A stretch of DNA of 20,000 nucleotides from IMG/VR virus record IMGVR_UViG_2061766007_000502; one strand, written 5' to 3'. Under the pieces are notes generated by a model that saw only the letters and a program-made list of their open reading frames with translations, had not been told where the DNA came from and ran no database searches. Shown here one piece after another: positions 9,481 through 19,907 of the stretch; the stretch's first letter is position 1; each line of letters starts with the position of its first letter. Source of the DNA: an uncultured virus (IMG/VR IMGVR_UViG_2061766007_000502) (taxonomy: Duplodnaviria > Heunggongvirae > Uroviricota > Caudoviricetes). The position numbers were made by a program, and so were the translations under genes.

Positions 9481-12400
9481 ATGGATTCATCAATTGTAGA
9501 TTCATCAATTGCAAATATCAAAAGCATAGTTACAAAATTCTATAAATACAGTCCTTCACTGAAGAACAAGATACAAGAACTCAGCGGCAAAGTCGGTGAC
9601 GAGGCTGCTGCGTGGGCTGCTGATGTAATTGATAACGATTATTGTCCTACACATACTCAGATAGAACATTCATCTATGCTCAGTGCAGCATTACAAAGTG
9701 ATTTAGGAACTCCATTTAATGTATTCTTCAACGGTGAGAAGGGAAATATGCCAAAGTTGAAGATAAACCCTCAAATGTCAATGATTGAGTCACAACCCAA
9801 TTATGCAGACAACAATCTTGTAATGCTTCCGGATATTGAATTTGATCCTCCAAAATATAAGATTACATTTACATTCCACGGATTTGCATACTATGACAAT
9901 CTTGGTAAAGGTAGTTTGGATAGTTCTGTTATAGATTTCTATCCATATCAGGGTACATATCTTTCTAAGGAAATACACGGTACTAAAAATGATATGAGGC
10001 TAACAAATACGAGAATGACATCTGCCGTATATCAGAGAGTGTATGAATATAACGGATATCCAGAACTTCAGTTCAGATTCAAGGGTGTTCATAATGAAGA
10101 TACGCATGAGCGTTATGTGAGACTCCTTGATGCTGACTTTGACAATGTATGGGAACCTGAAGAAAACGATTTCAAATATATCTATAACGATCCGGATAAC
10201 AAATTCATCAATTATTCAATAAAGATAGATGGAAAATATGTAATACTTCCATGTGACAAAGTATTGGATGAACACATATACACATTATCTGATATTGAAG
10301 ATGATATTAATGTTGATGTATATGCGGATGTCAGACGTACGGTTTCTATGAAGATTAACACATATGGAAAACTTGATGTTAATTTGTAGTTGCCTGATAT
10401 GCATAAGCAGTTTGTCAGTTGTGTTCATGATGGTGCAATATCTGATGTGTAGTTTGACATGGGTGTTGTGTTGAAGATTCCTGTTGGAAATGAAAATGAG
10501 TTGATAACAATAGAATCAACACCAAGTTATCATTATTATACTATCAATGGTATAGAAGCAACTGAGGATTTGACTGAATATATTGTGACTGATGATGATG
10601 CAGAACTCGGTTATGTGCCAGTTGTTGCGACAAACAGAGCATACATTCGTACAATAACACTTAAAAGAATGAATGTGGATGAGCGTACTGTGTCTTGGGA
10701 TTGGTCTGATAGAGATAATGTTGATGATGTAGATATCAAAGGTAGAATAGGTGAAATTCCTTCAGATGAAGATAATAATGTTAAAATCTTTGTAGATGCT
10801 ACTTATGGCAGAGCAAGAACATATAACGGTCCAGAAGATGCTGATAGTGTACTGAAAGTTGAATATGGTGCAATACTGAGAATTCCAGTTCGTCATAAGA
10901 ATGATGTTATAACAATACGTTATAACAATGGTACTGATGAAGTTGAGTATATAGCAAATTAGACTGATGCTGATAATCGTTATTATGAAATTTCAACACA
11001 ACCGACTGAGGTATTGAATATACATTCTATTTCAATAAAACAGGTACCATATTATGATGAGAATCTACATAGTGAATATGATATTGTAACTTGGAATTGG
11101 AAAGACGGCAGATTGCCAGTGAAGATTAAGGATAAGGCAGATGTTGTTGAATCCAATAATACTGAAGGTGAACATATAAATCTCGATGTTGATGCTACGT
11201 TGTATGATGATTCCGTATGTATCATCAGGGACCCTAAGAGATACTATATGATGAAGTGTCCGTACTCTAATGTCAATATGTTCAAGTTGAAGATAAAGAT
11301 GACTGAAAACGAAATCGAGAAGCAGAGACAGAAAGATGAGTGTGAATATGAATCTGTTATGTGTACGTTTGCTTATGGTGGTATCTCGCTTGAACCGTTT
11401 GAATTGCCGTTGGGTGCAGTTGACGATGTACTGACTTTGGATAGTAGGACATCATTCCAGAGTGAGACTGGTAAAATCGTGTTCCAGCCTAATGTATCAT
11501 ATTCACTGATATTGAAACTGAAGAAGAAGATGAAGTTCAAGGATATTAAGTTTATCGTCTTGAACAGTGGTGGTGTGTCTAATATTCAGGTATACCATAA
11601 CTACATTCAGTTGAGTCCTATGTTCAATATGTCATCTAACAACATCACATATTCTGTGATACCTACTGAAGATGAGTTGAAGGGTGCCAAGCCTGCATTG
11701 CAGAATATGAGAATAGTACTTCCAGCAAACAGTGCTCTTATTCCAGGCCGTAGTATAGCATGGGATTATATTACTATCGGTAGTGTTCCATATGGCGGTT
11801 ATAGAGTGTATTTCTCTGAAGGTGATGAACACTTTACAAGAAGGACTGATGGTTCGTATGTATATGAAATGCCTCCTTATTATAAGCCTAATCTTGCATA
11901 TGGTGTAACTATATATGCAACATTCGTATCAAATAAGAATGCTGTCTTGAACATAATACGTTATGATACTAATAATGTTCTTGATGTTAAAGGTCGATTT
12001 TATGAGTTAGAAGTATATGACAGTGCAGATTTGACAGAGAAACTTCTTTCTACTAATGAGAATGATTTCAATGATGATGATACTGAAGACTATCCACCAT
12101 ATTCTCTTGAAGCAAAGTCGTATAACCCGAATACCATACATATGACAATAAGAAGATATTAGAATATAGGATAGTTTGGAGAAAGTGAAGAAGACAATTT
12201 GAAATTTGTCTATAGTTATACATTATTAAGAAATGGAGTTGTAGATGAAAGTGCAAGCCATAGCGGTATTATGGGTAATGGTCAATTCATACATCTTAAA
12301 TTTGAAAATTTAAATGGATTTGATAACAATACGCTTAGAATCTGTAGTATGTATTATATACCTATTAAGAAAATCAGTGTATCTATAAGCGGTTATCTTA

Positions 12401-15400
12401 ATCATAATGTTTCATATCCTATAATCAACGACCCTGATGTACATGGTGGACAAGGATATGGTATAATGTATATACACGCCAGAGGTGAAGAATTACCTCC
12501 AATGCGTGCAATTCCTTATTATTTACCAGATGATGAGAATCCTGAAATTGCTTATTATGATTATGATGAGTTTGAAATGCAAACTTTTATGACACCGCAT
12601 TTCAAATTAGATTTTAGTGGTGATACTATCAAGAAATATAGGGGTATACATATTGAAGTAAAACAGTATTATTCTGAAGAAGATTCAGAACCAGGAATTA
12701 CTCCATATTATGAGGATATATTATTAAATGACAATGATACTATATTGGAAATTGACGGTTATGGTATAAGCGCTAATATGTCAAGAATCAAATATGAAAT
12801 TACATTGTTAAAATATGATTAGTATGGACTTAGCATTATATATGATAGATTCTACAGATTAAGATATAATAGACTTTACGATGATGATAGATGGCAGTCT
12901 CTGATAGAATACGATGATTTGTTGGATAGGACCGAGTACAGAGAATTGGTAATAAGTAAAAATCCTAAGATAAGTATCGAGTTCACTCCAATAAGAGATA
13001 GGAGTTTCTTTAGATTATATTATCATCAATTTACTGTTACTGGTATTAACCCTTCTACTGGTTTAAGAGAGAGTATCAATTTGTCTTCTGAAATGGATTC
13101 TTATCGTGTTCCTGGTTCATCTGATACAAGATATAACTTGAATCAGAATTCAACGATGACTGTCATAATACAAATGGAGAATCGCTACAGCAGTGGTACA
13201 TTTAATATATTTACAAAATACAGAGATGTACAATTGAAAGTTCTACCAAATAACAGAGCAGATTATCGTAGAGCATATGTATATCCTGTTCTTGATATCC
13301 AACGTGTATTAAATGAGGGTAATTTTGTTAGAGCTCTATATCCGAAAGAGTATAAGATATGGGATAAGAATAATTCTGACCCTGACCGTAACTCACTTAT
13401 CACTTTAGATACATCTACATTATATACATATAATGATGTTGAATATATAAGATATTATAGTAAAACTCCGTTGGTTTTAAGATATACGGGAGATAACCAT
13501 AATGAAGAATTGTATGTACCAAAGTTCGAAGGTGATAATCTTTCAGTTATTGATGGATATTATACTAATTCTACATACAACAGTTTGAATACATATCTGG
13601 CTCTTGCTGATAGTAATACTGCTCCTATTAACACAAGTGCCGGATTGGGTGTTCCTGATAACGGTTATTGGACTGAAGGTGTTGGTGGTAGAGTAGGATG
13701 GGATTCTGAATTTGGTAAAAAGTTCAGTACTAATCTCCCTCAATTCAGATAGGGTACTGCTAAAGCAGATTGGTTCTCAACTCAGTTGGCAAATACATTC
13801 GGTATTACCAGACCAACAGATTTAGATACATCAACAGATGATATACGTTTGTATTTATATTTGTATATTAATACTACTAATGTGGATTTGACTACATTCA
13901 AAGTTCTGAAGATAAGGGAAATAGAACCATATGAAGTTGATTCATGTACTGGTGCTCATATACATAAAGATATACCATCTTGGGTTCGTGAAGATATTGA
14001 AAATACACTTGTATNNNNNNNNNNNNNNNNNNNAGTGATAAAGCACAGGTGTCATTACAAGAATTAAGAAGAGCAGCATTTGAGCCATTTGAAATAGATA
14101 CATCTGTCGGTCCGGATTTTGAGAATATGTGGGTTTATAATCCATTTTATGGTGAAGATAATATTCCAGAGACTTATGAAGAAGATTATCCTTACTTAGT
14201 TCGAGACCGTCATAGACTTCCTTATGGATATATAAGTACTGGTAAGGAAACATATTTCCGTATAGATATCAGTTGGCTTGATAATAATGGTAATCCATAT
14301 TATAGTTCGCTTCAAGAAGGTGGTGAGCATCATCATCACTTTGTTCCTGCAAATATTTTTGCAGAAGAAGAACAGGATGATGATTGGACTTATGACTGGA
14401 ATGGAGATTTCTTTGAAGTAGTTAGAACTGGTGCTATAGCACCAGACCCGGACCCAATTTGGTCTGACAGTTCATATTGGTATCAGGAATTAGATTATGA
14501 AGAAGACGAACGTACTAAGGAATTGATTCCAGTACTTAAAGAGCCATATAGATGGGCACTCGGAAGTCCAAATGATGGTAATAGTGGTATAGATTCTACA
14601 TATCATCCAGAAGCAACTCATTGTGTAGTTGTCAGATGTAAAAGAACTCTTGAACCAAACCATTATAAACAAAAATGGGAGAAATGGGAACATGGAAGAA
14701 CCGGTTCATTCAACCGTTTAAGGAATTTTATTGGTTTCGGTGAAGGTGAGCACAGTTGGTGGCATGATAAAGTGATAGAATGGGGCAAGATTTCAAAATT
14801 CTGTAATCCATTAATCAATAAAATGATAAGATTCAATAAAGATTTACTATGGAGGCCTCATGCTCAAACTGGTTAGATGGATGATATTGATTTTACTAAT
14901 CTCCCATCACATAATTGTGGTGTTACTGTTACTGAAAATTATGATGATAGAATACAAGTAATTGTTCAGCCTAAAAATATAGTGACATTTAATATTTAGG
15001 ATTGGGCAAATCAGAACGGTATAACAATTAATGAAATTAGTGGTTCTGAGGCTTATTATATTACCAGTGATGAAAGATATGATTATGGAAGTACATATCA
15101 TTTGCTAATGAGTTGCCATTATGCAAAAACCATATTGGATAGTTCTGCATTAACAGCATATTCTCCAAAATTTGGTATACCAATAACTAATGGAAGTTAG
15201 ACTGGTATGAGAGATAATCCTCTGGATGATAATGATATGGGTTTTAAGTATGTTGGAGAAGAATCATTAATAACAGATGGTTTGAAAGTATATTACACTC
15301 GTTATAAAAATAATAATAGTAGTATATATGTTGATGAAATTCCAGCAGACCAATATACTATAGGTAATATATTTACTTTCCCATATAATGAAAATCTTTA

Positions 15401-16265
15401 TCAGCGTGCTATCAATCATAATATAGAACCTGGTAATTAGCATGACATGCCAAGACGATATGAAGATATTGATAATTTAGATGTTAGCAGTGGTTATTAC
15501 TATATACCAATAGAAATCAATGATGGTAGTTCTATAATTAATATGATAGAAGCCGAAAAGGATTTAATCTATACAGGTACACAACAAAAAATGGTTATGA
15601 TATTTGATAAGTATGGTGTCAGAGCAAGATATGAAATACCAATAAATTACATTAAGCCTGGAACTGAAATAAGATATCTTAGAATACAATATTATGTAGA
15701 TGATAGTGCTCATCCAGGTACAGTTGCATTTATAGAGGAAACTGGCCCAGGTAGTTATAATGAAATATTAAGTTCTGTATGGAACCATATGTTCTATATG
15801 AGTGAATCAGATGGTCCGGCAAATCCTCGAAATTATCCAGAACCTCTATCTTTCCAAATCCAGCAACAAGATTGGAATTATTTGGACGGATATAGAAAAA
15901 GAACCGAAGGTGTATATTATTGGGATGATGAAGACCGAATGATATATCCTTATCAAAATAAAATCAATCTACCAAACTTCATTGAAGTTACAAAAACAGT
16001 TAGTAATTCTCAAACGGTTTATACTTTACCTATTGGTTATTATAGTAGTACTATTAATCAGAGAACAACTGAAATTTCAGAAGGTCAACGAATAGGTATA
16101 TATATATTCCATGAAAAGTATGGAGATGAAAGAAAATATTTGGTTGGAGCAGTAGATTTTCACTGGAATCAATGTATGGAATAGAGTGAATTCTTGGCTA
16201 AATATACTGATTTTAATACACTTGGTCAATATTATTATATGCCATTAGTTGGTAAATTACCTTAA
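9481..16265 (+). CDS. Giant putative virion (fibre/appendage) protein, about 2260 aa, 12 in-frame TAG, spans an assembly gap
   Basis: The frame is open from ATG 9481 to the N gap (TAGs at 10387, 10450, 10960, 12160, 12172, 12820 and 13750). A second frame is open from 14034 to TAA 16263-16265 (TAGs at 14874, 14997, 15198, 15438 and 16182). The frame change falls exactly at the gap. Two separate genes cannot be excluded if the true gap is long. Confidence 0.75.
14015..14033. other. Assembly/scaffold gap (19 N)
   Basis: Run of N in the sequence. Confidence 1.
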
Positions 16266-16280
16266 TGAACATAAAAATGA

Positions 16281-16311
16281 AAAAGAGAGGATTTCTAAAA
16301 TCCTCTCTTTT
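16281..16311. terminator. Bidirectional intrinsic terminator between convergent genes
   Basis: Perfect 14-bp inverted repeat AAAAGAGAGGATTT-cta-AAATCCTCTCTTTT with A- and T-tracts on either side. It lies between the TAA at 16265 (+) and the TAA at 16314 (-). Confidence 0.9.
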
Positions 16312-16313
16312 CT

Positions 16314-17036
16314 TTATGTATTGTTTCTGTTCTTATTGACTGTTGCTCTTGTGAAGTCAATCAAATCAGTTCCGTTGTATATACAGTTGGATTCGGATAG
16401 ACTTGTCATTGCCTGATTCAGTATTGTCTGTACTGACCTGTTCACATCATCTGCAGTTCTTGCTGCTGTGTTAGCAGACTGTATTCCGCTGTCTTCACCG
16501 AAATACATCTTTCCATTTCTTATAGTGACTGCTGTCCTTCCGTCTTCTGATATGTAGGGAACCATATAACTGCCATCCAAATCTTCTCTGTTTATGATTC
16601 CCGATTTTATATCCATGTTCTTCAGGTTGTCATAACTCGTCTTATCCGGCTTATATTCCTGATTCACAAACTTGAAGTAGTTCCTTATTTGTGCTTCCAC
16701 TCCATTTCTGTTGTCGGCATTGTTATCATCATTGTTGTATGCCATCATACCAATCATCTGCTAATCATTAGGAATCATCAGAACATCATCATCATCAAGA
16801 GTGAAAGGATTGCTTATACCTGAAAATTTCAAGATGAACTCTGTATATTCATCAGTCTCATATGCAGCCTATGAAACCAAATCAGGTCTCATATGGAACA
16901 TCTTGTCCATACGGACTACCTCATAGTCATGTACCTGTCCGGCATTGCGACTGAATATGCTTGTGGTAAGATCGACAATCGTATTGCCGTTCCTGTCCTA
17001 TATCTCTTTCTTGTTATCTATAGAATACTTAAACAT
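16314..17036 (-). CDS. Baseplate wedge protein, T4 gp53-like (LysM-type domain), 240 aa, 3 in-frame TAG
   Basis: ATG 17036 (MFKYSIDNKKEI*DRNG...), TAGs at 16998, 16869 and 16761, TAA at 16314-16316. The segment RPDLVS*AAYETDEYTEFILKFSGISNPFTLDDDDVLMIP (16770-16889) matches the gp53/LysM-like pattern RPD.I...Y......IL..N.I.NPF.L.....L.IP and is absent from the standard-code ORF. Confidence 0.75.
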
Positions 17037-17042
17037 AAGAAA

Positions 17043-19772
17043 TTAATTATTGCTGCGTTTTCTGGTGAACAGATTGCCTCTGATTATGCTGCGGACATTA
17101 TCATCAGATAGGAATCCGTTATAGTATTTGCTGTTAACTGTCTGGTATGCAGCCTGTCTGTCGATTGGTGAGAATTTCGGAATCAACACAGTATCAGCAT
17201 TTCCTGTATTCTGTAAGTTCTTAGCATTGCTGATTTTATATGTCTGATAGCCTTTTGCACCATTCAGAGCCATTAATTTAGTTGCATGCATATACTGAGG
17301 ATGCATATACGGTTCCATTCTGCCTGTGAAGTTATCTACTTTCGTTTCATAATCAGACGTTGCTTTTATGTAGTCAGGTAACTTGTATATCTTTCCGGCA
17401 CCGCGATTGAACATAGACTGAATGCCAGCCTTGTCTCTTGCCATAGCATGCTCTATCGTATATATAACTTTCATTGACAGCGGGAAGTCATCAGGACCGA
17501 GTTCATCATCAAACTGAACATCCATCTTAGTGCAGATGAGGTTTCCTACAACCATAATAGGATTAAGCGGATTACCCAATGTCAGATGCCAGTTACCGGT
17601 CGGCTCTCCAGTCAGAATGGATTTCATACCGCTTATATTAGGCATAGTAGTCTCTTGAATCACCTGATCTTTCCACATCTTGTTAAGATTAGATAACATT
17701 GATGTCAGTTTTGCTGTTCCTTTTGCCTGAGCTTCTTCACTTGAAACAAAATCTGTTCCGCTCTTTATCCAACTTGTCAATTTTGAAGACTCGCCGAACA
17801 ATGTTGAAGATACACTCTGAAGCATATTACCGATACCGCCGAGTGTTTGACTGAGAATCTCAGCAAGATTGCCTGTCACATTACTCCATTCAAATGAAGT
17901 GGTCTTACCGTCTTTACCCTTTGTGCCGAATTCTTTCAATCCTTCAAAACCGCGTGCTATTGCACCTTCTGTACCAAATATCTTTCCGGCAAATAAAGCA
18001 TCCATTACAGAACCGCTTATAGACTCTCGCTTAAACGGATACATATGCGGATGTATCATAAATCTATAACCACCACCCCAGAATACTGCTTCCGGTGATG
18101 CAAGTTCAAGCGCATTAGCAAGAATATCAAGCATAGCAGCTTTTGTATTGACACCACCAATAGGTCTTGCTACATATTCACAAGTCAAAGAGAAAGACTA
18201 TGAGAACTCTATTCCGGCTTCTCTTGCCTTGACAGACTGAACACGATTGACAGGACCAATAATCCTGTTGCTGAATAGAGATTCTTGAGGGTCCATATTA
18301 GCACTTGTCAGTTTTTCCCAAGCAGTCTGTCCATGACCGCTGAATCCCTACGGGTCAAGCAATCCCAAAAATTTACCGAATGATAGGAACTTGCCTGTTA
18401 AACCGCCGGTTTGTCCCAAGAATGAACTGACTATATCTGAACGTGATGAAACACCACCGAAACCGCCTTTCTCAAACATAGAATCAACAACAGCACGCGG
18501 ATTGCTGCCTGTATCACCACTGACCTGATGAATATCAGCATTTATATCTTTCCATCTCGTTCCTGTTGTGAACTTTAAGAAATCACTCAATTTGTTAGCA
18601 GACTCTCCGCCGAAATAAGTCACAGCAGTCGCAATGGGAGCAGTAGTCTTTTGAACACTGGATTTCTGCTGCTTGCTTCTGTCTATTTCAGTTTCCATTC
18701 CAGGGAAGTTGAGATTGTCATAAGTCGGTGTCGCATACTTACGGAATGTAATAAGCCTGTTGTTCGGTATAATGTTCCACCACTTACAGAATACGAAATC
18801 CTAAAAACTATACGGTGTCCTACCAAACCTGTCCTTGTTACTCCATGCTATGATGTTTGTTGTAGTCGGATTGTTGATGCTTGTCATATCATCAGGAGTC
18901 TATATTATTCCGCCACGACCTTCACCGACATTGTCATAGAATCTCTTAGTGTCTCTTATATCATAGAGATTGGAGCGTAATGAAGCAGACTTTCCATTTG
19001 AAGCATCATATGCACTTACCTATGTCAAACCGCCGACAAGCCGTGTCACACAATACGGATTCATTAAAGATGCAGTACCGTACATATCAGGATCAGCAGA
19101 CAATTCAGCAACCTGTGTCTTGTTCGGAGTCACTTTATCAGAATCTTTCGGATCAGAGAACTTGAACTCTTCATCAGTAGATGTTCCGCTTACGGTCTTA
19201 TTAGAAGACTTGACATTCTTAGTCATATCTATAACACCCTTTTCAATACTGAACAATTCAGAGAAGAAAGCAGACGATGCTGTCTCTGATGCGAATGGTA
19301 CTATAATATTACCTTCTCTGCTCTATGAAGTAGATACGAATGCATCAATTCTGATAAGTCTCGGATCCCATGCACCTATATTATTAGTGGAATTTTCTTC
19401 ACTGATGTCAGTATTGGCAATATAATTACCATTACTGATATTTGATGAATATATAGTATTCTTATTCAGTGATTCAACAACTTCACCACCGCCAAACTAC
19501 ATTCCATTAGCCATAGTCTGTATGAGACTCTGCATATTCTCATTCTGTTCGTCGTTCAACTGACTGATATTATAATCTGTTATTGCATTCTATCGGTCTT
19601 CATCAGAAAAATTAAAACCAAAGAGACTTGATATTGATGAAGCACCGAATGTCATCTCCCTTGTGGGAGATGATGTCTCAGTTTCATCCGTTGTAGTATG
19701 TACATGCTCCGTTGAATGATTATATGACTTCTTCTTGTTTATGAGTTTCAGTGATTTAGCAGTCTGTGACAT
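17043..19772 (-). CDS. Large structural protein, possibly baseplate hub/tail-tube initiator (gp48/gp54-like fold), 909 aa, 8 in-frame TAG
   Basis: Track ORFs 19590..19772, 19020..19256, 18348..18698 and 17043..18188 form one frame. It is interrupted only by TAGs at 19590, 19497, 19323, 19020, 18900, 18801, 18348 and 18198, and ends at TAA 6 nt before the gp53-like ATG. Conserved-looking blocks: DFVFCKWWNIIPNNRLITFRKY and WHLTLGNPLNPIMVVGNLICTKMDVQFDDELGPDDFP. The CDS is secure; the function is inferred from context. Confidence 0.75.
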
Positions 19773-19800
19773 TATAGATAAAAAGTCTCAATATTTTCAT

Positions 19801-19808
19801 TATTTATC
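19801..19808 (-). promoter_or_regulatory. Putative late promoter GATAAATA
   Basis: AGATAAATA on the minus strand, 28 nt upstream of the ATG at 19772. Confidence 0.65.
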
Positions 19809-19859
19809 TTTTTTTGATAATAAAAACAACTTTCAATGTAGAAAAACTGTAAAATATGT

Positions 19860-19874
19860 AGTATAATCTTTAGA
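19860..19874 (+). promoter_or_regulatory. Putative early/middle promoter element AGTATAATCTTTAGA
   Basis: 14/15 match to 4399-4413, and 33 nt upstream of the ATG at 19908. Confidence 0.55.
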
Positions 19875-19907
19875 GGTATTATATCTCTCTAATTTTAATT
19901 GTATATT

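Noticed and set aside
9541..9548. Exact T4 late promoter TATAAATA
   Set aside because: It lies inside the coding sequence (codons Y-K-Y) with no downstream gene start, so it is likely chance in AT-rich DNA.
14015..14067. Programmed frameshift or intron in the giant gene
   Set aside because: The frame change coincides exactly with a 19-N scaffold gap of uncertain true length.
4069..15101. Short minus-strand and alternative-frame ORFs inside rnh and the large plus-strand genes (e.g. 4772..5047, 4791..5132, 8717..8983, 9088..9330, 13942..14253)
   Set aside because: They overlap long, coherent CDSs and have no recognisable motifs.
16893..19425. Plus-strand ORFs 16893..17111, 17869..18069, 18651..18980, 18970..19425 and 18980..19165
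   Set aside because: Antisense to the continuous baseplate operon.
1..19772. Interpreting the fragmented ORFs as pseudogenes or many small genes
   Set aside because: All interruptions are TAG. There are no TAA/TGA interruptions and no frameshifts apart from the N gap, and protein motifs continue across the TAGs. Decay would not be codon-specific.
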